From an uncultured Spirochaetota bacterium (GTDB taxonomy: Bacteria > Spirochaetota > Spirochaetia > JAFGXN01), in contig CALXKN010000008.1 of the NCBI GenBank assembly GCA_944388995.1, positions 17,160-81,159 on the forward strand: a stretch of DNA of 64,000 bases, in the 5' to 3' direction. The notes under the pieces were generated by a model, which was not told the origin of the DNA, did not search any database, and saw only the letters and a program-made list of their open reading frames with translations. Shown piece after piece: positions 39,124 to 49,195 of this stretch. A program made the position numbers and the translations under genes. Each line of letters opens with the position of its first letter. Within the stretch, counting starts at the first letter, position 1.

Positions 39124-41058
39124 ATGCAGAAAGATTATTCGGCAAGTAATATTCAGATTTTAAAAGGTTTGGAAGCGGTCAGAAAAAGGCCTGGTATGTA
39201 CATCGGTACGACAGGCGAAGAGGGGCTTCATCATCTTGTTTATGAGATTGTCGATAACAGTATTGACGAGGCTTTAGCCGGTTACTGCGATCAAGTTGAT
39301 GTTTTCATCGAACAAGGAAATATTATAAGAGTTGAAGATAACGGACGCGGAATTCCGACAGATATTCATCCCGAAGAGGGAGTTAGCGCTCTGGAGGTGG
39401 TTTTAACTAAACTTCATGCCGGAGGAAAATTTGATAAGAATTCGTATAAAGTTTCCGGAGGTTTGCACGGCGTCGGTGTTTCTGTTGTCAACGCTCTTTC
39501 GGAATGGCTGGAAGTAACCGTTTACAGAAACGGAAAGATTTTTTATCAGCGTTATAAAAGAGGAATTCCGGAAAAGGCGGTTGCCGTCCTGGGAGAAACG
39601 GAAAGAACGGGAACGGTTGTCAGATTCAAACCGGACGGGGAAATTTTTAAGGATACGCAGATTTTCAAATTCGACATTCTTTCATCGCGTCTGCGTGAAC
39701 TTTCGTTTTTGAATAAAGGAATCAAAATCAACATTACCGATTTCAGAACTCCCGTTCCGAAAGAAAACAAATTTCTGTTTGAAGGCGGGGTAAAATCGTT
39801 TGTGTCGTTTTTAAACGAGAACAAAAAACCGCTTCAGTCGGAACCGATTTATTTTGAATCCGAAAAAGAGACCGAAAAAGGCGTTGTAAAAATTGAAGTG
39901 GCGATGGAGTACAGCGAGAGCTACAACGAGCTGATTTTGTCTTTTGTCAACAATATCAATACGCGCGAAGGCGGAACCCATCTCAGCGGGTTTAAAACGG
40001 CTTTGACAAGAGTTTTTAACGAAAAGTTAAAAACATCCAAAGTCGGTAAGCGTTCGAAGCTGACCGAACCTTTGAGCGGTGAAGATACCCGCTTCGGTTT
40101 GACGGCCGTCGTCTCGGCAAAAGTTCCCGACCCTCAGTTTGAAGGGCAGACAAAAGCCAAACTGGGAAATACCGAAATCAGAAAAATTACGGAAACAATC
40201 GTTTACGATAATCTGCTGCTGTATTTTGAGCAGAATCCCGATACGGTCGAAGTGATACTTTCAAAAGCGGTGGAATCTTCCATGGCGCGGATGGCCGCTC
40301 AGCGCGCGCGCGCGAATGTGCTTCGGAAAAACAGTCTGGAAAGCGGATCCCTTCCCGGAAAATTGGCCGACTGTTCGGAAAAAGATCCGTCGCTTTGTGA
40401 GATTTACATCGTTGAGGGAGATTCAGCAGGAGGAAGCGCCAAAGGAGGGCGTGATAGCAAACATCAGGCCATTCTTCCTCTTTGGGGAAAAATGCTGAAT
40501 GTCGAAAAAGCCAGAATCGAGCAGGTGGTAGACAACGATAAACTGAAGCCGGTGATTCAGGCTTTGGGAACAAACGTCGGAAAGCACTTTAATTTGGAAA
40601 AGTTACGGTATGACAAAGTCATCATTATGGCCGATGCCGACGTTGACGGTTCCCATATCCGTACACTGCTGCTGGCGTTTTTTTTCCGCTATATGACGCA
40701 GTTAATCGAGACCGGGCATGTTTATCTGGCAATGCCGCCGCTTTATAAAATCGAATATAAAAAAAAGCACCATTACGCATACGACGATAATGAAAAAGAC
40801 CGGATTCTGAACGAGATCGGCGTTTCGGAAGAAGAGAATTCTGTAAAAATTCAACGGTACAAAGGTCTCGGAGAGATGAATCCGGAACAACTTTGGGATA
40901 CAACGATGAATCCGGAAACAAGGCAAATGATGAAAGTGACAATGGAAGATGCCGTTGAAGCCGACAGAATTTTTACCGTTTTAATGGGAAGCGAAGTCGA
41001 GCCCAGGAAAAAATTCATTGAAGAAAACGCGTTGTCGGTCACTAATCTGGATATTTAG
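39124..41058 (+). CDS. gyrB: DNA gyrase subunit B
   Basis: GHKL ATPase motifs, Toprim EGDSAGG, and C-terminal signature. Extended -10 TGTATAAT at 39107-39114. Confidence 0.95.
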   Translation: MQKDYSASNIQILKGLEAVRKRPGMYIGTTGEEGLHHLVYEIVDNSIDEALAGYCDQVDVFIEQGNIIRVEDNGRGIPTDIHPEEGVSALEVVLTKLHAGGKFDKNSYKVSGGLHGVGVSVVNALSEWLEVTVYRNGKIFYQRYKRGIPEKAVAVLGETERTGTVVRFKPDGEIFKDTQIFKFDILSSRLRELSFLNKGIKINITDFRTPVPKENKFLFEGGVKSFVSFLNENKKPLQSEPIYFESEKETEKGVVKIEVAMEYSESYNELILSFVNNINTREGGTHLSGFKTALTRVFNEKLKTSKVGKRSKLTEPLSGEDTRFGLTAVVSAKVPDPQFEGQTKAKLGNTEIRKITETIVYDNLLLYFEQNPDTVEVILSKAVESSMARMAAQRARANVLRKNSLESGSLPGKLADCSEKDPSLCEIYIVEGDSAGGSAKGGRDSKHQAILPLWGKMLNVEKARIEQVVDNDKLKPVIQALGTNVGKHFNLEKLRYDKVIIMADADVDGSHIRTLLLAFFFRYMTQLIETGHVYLAMPPLYKIEYKKKHHYAYDDNEKDRILNEIGVSEEENSVKIQRYKGLGEMNPEQLWDTTMNPETRQMMKVTMEDAVEADRIFTVLMGSEVEPRKKFIEENALSVTNLDI

Positions 41059-41067
41059 GAGTCGGCC

Positions 41068-43518
41068 ATGGAAGAAACGCAGCCGGGAAATATCATTCCC
41101 GTATCCATAGAAGATGAAGTCAAACAGTCTTATCTGAATTATGCCATGTCGGTTATCGTCAGCCGCGCGTTGCCGGACGTCCGCGACGGACTGAAACCGG
41201 TTCACCGCAGAATCTTATACGCGATGAATGAACTGGGACTGGCGTCAAATAAAGAAACCAAAAAATGCGCCCGCATTGTCGGTGAAGTTTTGGGTAAGTA
41301 CCATCCGCACGGCGATCAGTCGGTTTACGACGCGTTGGTCCGTATGGCGCAATGGTTTTCGCTGAAGTATCCTCTGATTTACGGCCAGGGCAATTTCGGA
41401 AACTTGGACGGCGATTCGGCCGCCGCCATGCGGTATACCGAAGCCAAAATGGAAAAGTACGCTGAATTGATGATGACAGACATCAATAAAGATACGGTTG
41501 ACTGGATGCCGAATTATGATGAATCGACGCAGGAACCGACCGTTCTTCCTTCAGCTTTTCCGAATTTGCTTGTCAACGGATCAAACGGAATTGCTGTCGG
41601 TATGGCGACGAATATGGCTCCGCATAATATCAACGAAGTCTGCGCTGCTGTTTCCGCCTATATCCGGAATCCCGATATTACCGTTGAAGAATTGATGCAG
41701 TATATAAAAGGCCCCGATTTTCCGACCGGCGGTCTTATTTACGGTACAGAAGGAATTAAAAAAGCGTACAGAACGGGTCGCGGAAAAGTTTTGATTCGGT
41801 CAAAGTGTTCGATTGAGACAATGAAATCCGGAAGGATGTGCATTGTTGTTACCGAAATTCCTTACATGGTCAACAAAAAGTCGTTGCTGGAACGGATTGC
41901 CGATTTGGTGAAAGACAAAAAAATCGAAGATATTTCCGCTCTGCGCGATGAATCTTCCGACAGGGTTGGCGTCCGGATCGTTATTGAGTTGAAAAAAGAC
42001 GCCAATGTCAAATTGGCGCTCAATAAACTTTATCTGCTTTCCGATCTCCAGAAAAGTTTCAGTATTATCAATTTGGCTTTGGTGAAAGGCCGTCCGGAAA
42101 CATTAAATTTAAAACAGCTGATTTTTCATTATGTTGAACACCGGAAAGAAGTGGTTACCCGCAGAACGGTTTTCGATTTGAATAAAGCCAAAGCCCGCTG
42201 TCATATTCTGGAAGGGTTAAAAATTGCGCTTGCCAATATCGATGAAATCATCGCCCTTATTAAAGCGTCAAAAACGGTTGATGAGGCAAGAAAGCGCTTG
42301 ATTGAACGTTTTGCCTTTTCCGAAATTCAAGCCAACGCCATCCTCGAAATGAGACTTCAGAAACTGACCAACCTGGAAACGGAAAAAATCCTGAACGAGT
42401 TGGCGGAAATCCTGAAAATGATTGCGTATTACGAAGACTTGCTGACACATGAAGATAAACTGATGGGGGTTGTACGGTCGGAAATCGAGCAAGTTTCCGA
42501 AGCAAATCAGTCAGACCGGCAAACCGAAATTCTGCTGCAGGAAGCGGAAGAAATCGACGCCGAAGACATGATTGCCGAAGAAAACGTGGTTGTTCTGATT
42601 TCAAACAAAGGTTTTATCAAACGGCAGCCCGTTTCATCATACCGGATTCAAAACCGCGGCGGCGCCGGTTCTTCTTCGACAAAATTTCATGTTGACGATT
42701 TTCTTGAACATCTTTTTATTGCCTCAACTCATGAGTACATCGTCTTTCTGACAAACGAAGGACGGGCTTATTATCTGAAAGTTCACGAAATTCCCGAAAG
42801 CAGCAAAGCGGCTAAAGGAACGCATATCAAACAGCTGCTTTCCATTACCGCAAACGAAGAGATTTCCGCTGTAGTAGCTTTAAAGGAATTTAATGAAACT
42901 TCGTTTTTATTTATGGCAACCGGATGCGGAAATGTTAAGCGTCTGGCTACATCAGAGCTGGAAAACGCCAAAACGCGCGGAAAAATCGTAATCCGTCTGC
43001 AGCAGGGCGACCGCCTTGTCAGCGTTATTCCGACAGACGGAAAACGGGAAATGTTTCTCGTTACAAGAAGGGGGCTTGCCCTCCATTTTAAAGAGGAAGA
43101 CGTCCGCGTTATGGGAAGAACCGCCTCCGGCGTGCGCGGAATCAGATTAACCAAAGGTGATGAAGTCGTTGCCGTTCTGTCTTTTAAGGAAAACGAACAG
43201 CTTTTTCTGATTTCCGAATTTGGATTTGCAAAGAGAACTAATCTTGAAAACAGCACTTCGCACTCGCGCGGATCGAAGGGAATCATTTACTATAAAGCCG
43301 GAGAAAAGACAGGCGAACTGGTCGGCGCTCTATGCGTTTCAGAAAAAGACGAATTGGTCTGCATTACCTCTCAAGGAATGACATTAAAATTGAAAGTTGA
43401 TCAAATCCCCGTATTGGGAAGATCTGCTTCAGGCGTGCGTGCGGTTCGCGTAAAAGAACCTGATTGTCTCGTCGGAGTGGCGCGCGTTGTTAACGAAGAT
43501 GCTCCGGATGAAAAATAA
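41068..43518 (+). CDS. gyrA: DNA gyrase subunit A
   Basis: Active-site Tyr region (AAMRYTEA) and C-terminal beta-pinwheel repeats. Confidence 0.95.
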   Translation: MEETQPGNIIPVSIEDEVKQSYLNYAMSVIVSRALPDVRDGLKPVHRRILYAMNELGLASNKETKKCARIVGEVLGKYHPHGDQSVYDALVRMAQWFSLKYPLIYGQGNFGNLDGDSAAAMRYTEAKMEKYAELMMTDINKDTVDWMPNYDESTQEPTVLPSAFPNLLVNGSNGIAVGMATNMAPHNINEVCAAVSAYIRNPDITVEELMQYIKGPDFPTGGLIYGTEGIKKAYRTGRGKVLIRSKCSIETMKSGRMCIVVTEIPYMVNKKSLLERIADLVKDKKIEDISALRDESSDRVGVRIVIELKKDANVKLALNKLYLLSDLQKSFSIINLALVKGRPETLNLKQLIFHYVEHRKEVVTRRTVFDLNKAKARCHILEGLKIALANIDEIIALIKASKTVDEARKRLIERFAFSEIQANAILEMRLQKLTNLETEKILNELAEILKMIAYYEDLLTHEDKLMGVVRSEIEQVSEANQSDRQTEILLQEAEEIDAEDMIAEENVVVLISNKGFIKRQPVSSYRIQNRGGAGSSSTKFHVDDFLEHLFIASTHEYIVFLTNEGRAYYLKVHEIPESSKAAKGTHIKQLLSITANEEISAVVALKEFNETSFLFMATGCGNVKRLATSELENAKTRGKIVIRLQQGDRLVSVIPTDGKREMFLVTRRGLALHFKEEDVRVMGRTASGVRGIRLTKGDEVVAVLSFKENEQLFLISEFGFAKRTNLENSTSHSRGSKGIIYYKAGEKTGELVGALCVSEKDELVCITSQGMTLKLKVDQIPVLGRSASGVRAVRVKEPDCLVGVARVVNEDAPDEK

Positions 43519-43542
43519 TCCGCAGAACGACATCAGCACCCC

Positions 43543-43582
43543 GAAGCCGAATGGCTTCGGGGTGCTTGTTTTATTATAAAGA
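43543..43582 (+). terminator. Rho-independent terminator after gyrA
   Basis: Hairpin gcaccccgaagcc-gaat-ggcttcggggtgc followed by ttgtttt. Confidence 0.8.
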
Positions 43583-43590
43583 CAGTACCG

Positions 43591-43614
43591 TCAATGTTCC
43601 ACGTGGAACATTGA
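43591..43614. promoter_or_regulatory. parS-like centromere site 1 (perfect 24-bp palindrome)
   Basis: tcaaTGTTCCACGTGGAACAttga. The core TGTTCCACGTGGAACA differs from consensus parS TGTTTCACGTGAAACA at one symmetric position. Confidence 0.6.
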
Positions 43615-43641
43615 GAGCTTCTTCACGGCTTTATCGATTTT

Positions 43642-43665
43642 TGAATGTTCCACGTGGAACATTGA
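43642..43665. promoter_or_regulatory. parS-like centromere site 2
   Basis: Second copy of aaTGTTCCACGTGGAACAtt, 51 bp from site 1, about 1.7 kb upstream of parAB. Confidence 0.6.
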
Positions 43666-43696
43666 CATGGATTTTTATCCGTGTTAATTATACGGT

Positions 43697-44992
43697 ATGA
43701 AACGGTGTGTTTTTCTATTTTTAACGGTTTTTACGGCGTTCGGTTCGTTTGCTGAACAAAATGGAATTCGGATTGAAATTGACGGATCCGGGGAAAAGAC
43801 CGTTGCTGTTAAAGAATCTGAAGTTGCGGGAACCTCTGCTTTTGTTTTTTCTTTTAAAAAACAAGTCGGGTTATTTGCCGATAAAGTTACCGTTGAAGAT
43901 GCAGTGAAGGGGTTTAAATTTTATTCCGAGATTCGGGAAAAGGCAAATTTATACCGCAAAGAAGAAGAAAAAATTCGCAGCGATATTCTTGAAAAAGAAA
44001 AACATTTCAAAAAGGAAGCTGATCGCTTATATGATATTTACAACAGAAAACTCGAACCTCTTGTCCGAGCATTGACCGTTTTAGAAAAAAGCCGCTCTTC
44101 CGGCGGAGAAGTCGATGTAAATTCGGTTAAACAAAAGATTATTGAGCTGGAAACGGCACGCGATGAGGAAATTGCCGGCGAGAGAAAAAAATATTTTCCC
44201 GACGGATTGCAAACGAATATTGAAGTGACGATTGAAGAAACGGTTGAGGAAAAAATTATCGAAGAGTTCCGGCTGAACCGTTCTTCGTTTTCGGGGACAC
44301 AGATGTCACTTTCCGATGTAAAGAATTCCGTTTCTCTTCAAAATGCTGTACTTTCTTTTGTTCCGGTGAAAAATCTTAAATTGATTTATGAAGACGAAAA
44401 GACGGAAACATCATCAACAGTTTTAAAAAACGCAGCGCCGGACTTTCAAGCCGTAGGATTGCGTTTAAATTTTCCGAATACAGAAAAAACGTTTCGTTTT
44501 GACTGTGAAGAATTTCTTCGTTTGCTTTCGTCTTTTTTTGATTCACAAAACACGGCGCCGGTCGAAGTTCCGAAAACGGCGGCGGCTCAACAGGTCGGTT
44601 ATGTACTGAAAGCAAGGCGCTGCCTTCCCGAGGAATTTGGTTTAAGAAAAACACGACGCATCAGCAAAGAGTTGTTTGTTCCTGTTTCATTTGAAACCAA
44701 AACAGCGAACATTTCCGTTTCAGCGGCTGAGGTCGGCGGAAAGCGTTTTGTGTTTGTTCTTCCCGAAAAACAGGAAGGGAGTTTGGCTGAACATGTTTGC
44801 CTGATTTTTGAAGAAGCCGAAGTTGTCCGTTTGATACGGCTGATTGAAGAAAAACAAAAGTCTGTCGGTACGGTTTCCGTTGATTGGGATTTTCTTTCGT
44901 TCGATTCTGATTTGAAGACGGAAGTCGAAATAACGGATAACGGAGCGATTTTTCCCGAAGAAAAAATGAAGCAGCTGTTTCGGATAAAGTAA
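43697..44992 (+). CDS. Secreted hypothetical protein (431 aa), charged and coiled-coil rich
   Basis: Signal peptide MKRCVFLFLTVFTAFGSFA. No enzymatic motif. Confidence 0.5.
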   Translation: MKRCVFLFLTVFTAFGSFAEQNGIRIEIDGSGEKTVAVKESEVAGTSAFVFSFKKQVGLFADKVTVEDAVKGFKFYSEIREKANLYRKEEEKIRSDILEKEKHFKKEADRLYDIYNRKLEPLVRALTVLEKSRSSGGEVDVNSVKQKIIELETARDEEIAGERKKYFPDGLQTNIEVTIEETVEEKIIEEFRLNRSSFSGTQMSLSDVKNSVSLQNAVLSFVPVKNLKLIYEDEKTETSSTVLKNAAPDFQAVGLRLNFPNTEKTFRFDCEEFLRLLSSFFDSQNTAPVEVPKTAAAQQVGYVLKARRCLPEEFGLRKTRRISKELFVPVSFETKTANISVSAAEVGGKRFVFVLPEKQEGSLAEHVCLIFEEAEVVRLIRLIEEKQKSVGTVSVDWDFLSFDSDLKTEVEITDNGAIFPEEKMKQLFRIK

Positions 44993-45038
44993 ATTTACAA
45001 AAAAAGCGGGCCTTCGCCCGCCTGTCGTTAAATCCGAA

Positions 45039-45257
45039 TTAAACCGATTCGACGCCTTCCAGTTCAGGAATATTGTCTTTTAAGTATTTTTCGATACCGT
45101 TTTTCAGAGTCATTTGAGCCATCGGACAGCCGTGACAGCTGCCTTTCAGTTTTACATAAGCGATGTTTCCTTCCATTTTAACAAATTCTACATCGCCGCC
45201 GTCGGCTTGAAGGGAAGGGCGGACATGCTCGATATATTGTTTGACTTGTTCTTCCAT
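45039..45257 (-). CDS. NifU-like (Nfu) Fe-S cluster scaffold domain protein
   Basis: 72 aa with the CxxC motif GSCHGCP. Confidence 0.75.
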   Translation of the reverse strand: MEEQVKQYIEHVRPSLQADGGDVEFVKMEGNIAYVKLKGSCHGCPMAQMTLKNGIEKYLKDNIPELEGVESV

Positions 45258-45369
45258 AAAAATCTCCTTATTTGCAGTTTAACACTTTTTTTGTGCGGAG
45301 ACAAGAAATTTCGATTTTTTTTTGTTTTTATTGAAGAAAAAATCCTTTTTGACTATTATTATTTATAGT

Positions 45370-46131
45370 ATGAAAACAAAAATTACGGCATTTGTCAATC
45401 AAAAGGGCGGCGTCGGAAAAACGACGACAACAGTAAATCTCGGTGCGTATTTAGCCGACGCGGGGAAAAAAGTTCTTTTAATCGATTTTGATCCACAAGG
45501 AAATCTTTCTTCAAATGTCGGTATTGCCGACGTTGAGAAGGGTATTTACGAATTGCTGGCAGGGCAGGCCGATGCAAATGAATGTGTTTATGAAACGCCT
45601 GTTGACAATCTTTTTGTTTGTCCGACCGATATCAATTTGGCGGGAGGAGCTGTCGAATTGATTTCGGTTGATGATCGGGAATTTGTTTTAAAAGAAGCGA
45701 TGGATGAATGGCGCGGCGTTTACGATTATATTTTTATTGACTGTCCGCCCGCATTGGGAGTACTGACTATTAACGCGTTGACGGCAGCCGATGAGGTGAT
45801 TGTTCCGCTTCAATGTGAATATTTTGCGTTGGAAGGTTTGTCACAGTTATTGGATACGATTGAAATGGTGCGGAATACCACTAACCCGAAATTAACATTT
45901 CCTCGTATACTGTTTACAATGTACGATTCAAGAACCCTTCTTTCCCGCGACGTTGTGGATAATTTGAATCAAAACTATCCGGATCGGCTTTTTAAAACCA
46001 TCATTCCTCGGAATGTCAAGTTGGCAGAAGCGCCGTCTCATGGCGTTCCGATTAATTTATACGACAGTTTATGTCTTGGAGCAAAGAGTTACGAAAATTT
46101 GGCAAAGGAGTATATGAACGATGGCAAATGA
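45370..46131 (+). CDS. parA: Chromosome partitioning ATPase ParA/Soj
   Basis: Deviant Walker A KGGVGKTT. Start set at MKTKITAFVNQKGGVGKTT. Confidence 0.9.
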   Translation: MKTKITAFVNQKGGVGKTTTTVNLGAYLADAGKKVLLIDFDPQGNLSSNVGIADVEKGIYELLAGQADANECVYETPVDNLFVCPTDINLAGGAVELISVDDREFVLKEAMDEWRGVYDYIFIDCPPALGVLTINALTAADEVIVPLQCEYFALEGLSQLLDTIEMVRNTTNPKLTFPRILFTMYDSRTLLSRDVVDNLNQNYPDRLFKTIIPRNVKLAEAPSHGVPINLYDSLCLGAKSYENLAKEYMNDGK

Positions 46132-47029
46132 AAATCGTCCTGCAAGAATGAAACGATCGGGATTAGGAAAAGGGATCGAAAATCTGAAACCGAAGGCAGC
46201 GGCTCCTTCCGTAAAAAAGTGGGAAGAAGAGGCGGCCCAAAACGGCGGTATTCGCGAAATTGCGCTCGATGATATTTTTGCCTATACCGATCAGCCGAGA
46301 AAATATTTTGATGAAGAGTCTTTAAACGAACTGGCCGATTCGATTCGGCAAGTCGGCGTTCTGCAGCCGATTTTGGTTATCAGTCGCGAGTCGCGGTATA
46401 TGATTGTTTCCGGAGAACGGCGTTACCGCGCCGCGGTCAAAGCCGGCTTGAAAACCATTCCGGCAGTGGAAATGTCGTTGACTGACGAAAAAGCGGATGA
46501 AATTGCGGTTATTGAAAATATTCAGCGTGAAGATTTAACTCCACTGGAAGAAGCGCGCGCTTATCAGGCGTTAATGCGCCGTTACGGTTATACGCAGGAG
46601 CAGGTTGCCGAAAAAGTCGGAAAAAAGCGTTCGACAATCACCAATGCCGTCCGTTTACTGAAATTACCTGAAGACATTTTAACCGGATTGGAAGAAAATA
46701 AAATTACAGCGGGACATGCACGGAGTTTGGCCGGGTTAAAAAAAGAATCGGAAATGCGGAAGTTTTATCAGATGATTATCTCAAAAGGTTTAAGCGTCCG
46801 CGATATTGAAAAACTTCTGGCAAAAGACGAAAAAAAGGCGGAACCGACAGCGGCCGCCGGAAAACCGTCCAAATCGGAGGATATTCTCGCCGTTGAATCG
46901 CAGTTGATGGAACGGCTGGGAACTCACGTTCTTATCAACGGAACGGAAAAACGGGGAAAAATTGTCATTGATTATTATTCGCTCGATGATTTAAATCGAT
47001 TGATCGAACTGTTGGGAGGCGGTTTTTAA
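46121..47029 (+). CDS. parB: Chromosome partitioning protein ParB/Spo0J
   Basis: ParB box (GERRYRAA) and HTH (QEQVAEKVGKKRSTITNAVRLLKLP). Overlaps parA. Confidence 0.9.
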   Translation: MANENRPARMKRSGLGKGIENLKPKAAAPSVKKWEEEAAQNGGIREIALDDIFAYTDQPRKYFDEESLNELADSIRQVGVLQPILVISRESRYMIVSGERRYRAAVKAGLKTIPAVEMSLTDEKADEIAVIENIQREDLTPLEEARAYQALMRRYGYTQEQVAEKVGKKRSTITNAVRLLKLPEDILTGLEENKITAGHARSLAGLKKESEMRKFYQMIISKGLSVRDIEKLLAKDEKKAEPTAAAGKPSKSEDILAVESQLMERLGTHVLINGTEKRGKIVIDYYSLDDLNRLIELLGGGF

Positions 47030-47046
47030 CCGCCGCGCAGAGAGTT

Positions 47047-48054
47047 TTAAAATTCCAATTCAATCAAAAGCGGGAAGTGATCCGAAACTCCGGTAAATGT
47101 TTTGGTTGAAAACGAACGCGGTTTTCCGTTCCGGTTGACCATAAAATCGTATTCCGGAATTTCGCAGCGAATTAAATTCGGTTTTTGGGTCGGATCGATA
47201 ATCGGTTCATTGACAAAAATGTGATCGATTTTTTCCCATTCGGAGCTGTAAAAATAGCTGCCTTTTTCCGGCGGCAGTTCGCTCCAAATCGAATACAAAA
47301 CATCGCCTTTTACTTCTTCTTTGTTTTCGGAAAAAACCAAACAGCGATTCCGTTCTTCTTTCGGAATACGGTGCAGGTTCTTTTTCGAAACCAGTGCTGT
47401 CGGGTAACGAAACTCCTGTTTTTTGAATTCATACAGATCTTCGTTTAAGTCGCCCGCCACAATCACCGGCAGCGGGTTATTTTGAATCAGCCGTCTCACC
47501 GTTTGAGCTGACAGTTTGCGTTTTTCTTCGGTCTCTTCATCGCCGCCGAGTTTACTCTTCCAATGGTTGAGGATGATTTCGAATTCGATTCCGCGGTATT
47601 CGAAAAAGACTTCATTAATATTGCGTAAAATACTGCGGCCGAGTTCAAGTCGGTGGGTTTTGACTTCGTTTACCGGAATGCGTGAAATCACGGCGGAGTT
47701 AATATTGGAATTTTCCTGATCCAGACAGTAATTAAAACGATACCCGCGCGTCGGTAAATAGAATCGAACAAGAGAGTCAATACAGTTTTGATTTTCGACT
47801 TCAAATAAAAGAACGATGTCGGCATCGGTTTCTCGAATCACCTCTGCCAAATTGTTCAGTTTGTTTTGAAACATTTCCGAACCCCATTGACCGGATTCGG
47901 GATTGTAATTGTGATATTCTCCGCCGTCGGCAACGTCGTCAAAAAGATTTTGAACGTTGTACGACAAAATGGAAAGCGATTCGGCCGGCACAAAACAGCT
48001 GCACGAAAGCAGAAGAACCAAAATCAAAACCGGGAAAATATTTCTTGTTTTCAT
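47047..48054 (-). CDS. Endonuclease/exonuclease/phosphatase (EEP) family lipoprotein
   Basis: EEP motifs (LSYNVQNLFD…, SDHFPL). Lipobox LLLSCSC. The internal start avoids overlap with corA. Confidence 0.7.
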   Translation of the reverse strand: MKTRNIFPVLILVLLLSCSCFVPAESLSILSYNVQNLFDDVADGGEYHNYNPESGQWGSEMFQNKLNNLAEVIRETDADIVLLFEVENQNCIDSLVRFYLPTRGYRFNYCLDQENSNINSAVISRIPVNEVKTHRLELGRSILRNINEVFFEYRGIEFEIILNHWKSKLGGDEETEEKRKLSAQTVRRLIQNNPLPVIVAGDLNEDLYEFKKQEFRYPTALVSKKNLHRIPKEERNRCLVFSENKEEVKGDVLYSIWSELPPEKGSYFYSSEWEKIDHIFVNEPIIDPTQKPNLIRCEIPEYDFMVNRNGKPRSFSTKTFTGVSDHFPLLIELEF

Positions 48055-48092
48055 ATAAATAATAATGCGGTTTTTAAGCGAATTCTGCATTT

Positions 48093-49121
48093 TTACCACC
48101 ATTTTTTCTTTTTAAAATAAATAATCATTCCGAGTGTCACGGCAGTCATCAGCAAAAGGGCAAACGGATAGCCGAATTTCCAACGCAGCTCCGGCATATC
48201 GGTGAAATTCATCCCATAAACACCGGCAATAAATGACAACGGCATAAAAACAGTTGAAACGATAGTCAGAACCTTCATAATGCGATTGACCGATTGCGCG
48301 TTTTTCGAATCCAAAGAGTCAATTAGAAAAGAAAACGAATCGCGCAGTTTTTCGGTGAGGTTGACTGCCTGTGTGACGTTGTTTGTCAAATTAGCAAACA
48401 GTTTTTTGGTTTTTGAAGAAGCGAATGAAAATTCCGGTTGACAGATTTTGTTCAGAATAACAAGGAGAGGCATCAATGAACGGGAGAGTCGTGTCACTTG
48501 TTTCCGAAATGCGTGAAGCTTCGAAATGTCGTCAAAATCGGAGAAAAAAAGCTGTTCTTCCAAATCATCGTAGTAGTCAAGCATGCTCTTTGCCGTTTTG
48601 TACGCATTGTCAATCAAAAAATTGAGAATCGAAAAAAGTAAATAATCAGATCCGAGGGTACGTACGTTGGAAGAGGGGTCGGTTAATCTTGTTAACAAAA
48701 AGTTTAAATCGCTATTGGCTGCTTCGGAGAGCGAAATCAGCAGTCGTTTTTTCCATAAAAAAGACATTTGATTTTCTTCGATACAGTGTTCCTGCTCGTT
48801 CCAATCGACGGCGTTGAGCGTTAAAAAACAGCTGTCGTCATATTCGTCCAGTTTCGGCGGCTGAGGCACGACGGCGGCGTCTTCGAGAATCAGTTTGTTG
48901 AAGCCGAATCGTTTTCCCAATCGGTCGGTGAGTTCCCGAGAAATGCCGCTGCCGCATTCGATCCACACATTATCGGGTTCCGGCAGTTCACTGAGTTCCG
49001 GTAAGTCTATTCGGCAGGCGTATTTTTCTTTCGAGTACTGGTGATAGAGAATTTTTGCCTCGCCCCTCTCTTTGCGTTTGGAAACAGCGGCCGGCGGCTT
49101 CTGTTTTTGTAAAGAATTCAT
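48093..49121 (-). CDS. corA: Magnesium transporter CorA
   Basis: YGMNF motif followed by two C-terminal TM helices. Confidence 0.85.
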   Translation of the reverse strand: MNSLQKQKPPAAVSKRKERGEAKILYHQYSKEKYACRIDLPELSELPEPDNVWIECGSGISRELTDRLGKRFGFNKLILEDAAVVPQPPKLDEYDDSCFLTLNAVDWNEQEHCIEENQMSFLWKKRLLISLSEAANSDLNFLLTRLTDPSSNVRTLGSDYLLFSILNFLIDNAYKTAKSMLDYYDDLEEQLFFSDFDDISKLHAFRKQVTRLSRSLMPLLVILNKICQPEFSFASSKTKKLFANLTNNVTQAVNLTEKLRDSFSFLIDSLDSKNAQSVNRIMKVLTIVSTVFMPLSFIAGVYGMNFTDMPELRWKFGYPFALLLMTAVTLGMIIYFKKKKWW

Positions 49122-49195
49122 AAAAAACTCCGAAATACGAAAAACCGATGGAAAAAATTTTTCCTTTTATATATTATATCGGCAAGAGGGAAAGA

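Noticed and set aside
43591-43665. Considered the CACGTG-centred palindromes as CIRCE (HrcA), Cheo/LexA or CRP/FNR boxes
   Set aside because: The sequence does not match TTAGCACTC-N9-GAGTGCTAA, GAAC-N4-GTTC or TGTGA-N6-TCACA. It matches parS with one symmetric change, and the location near the origin and parAB supports parS.
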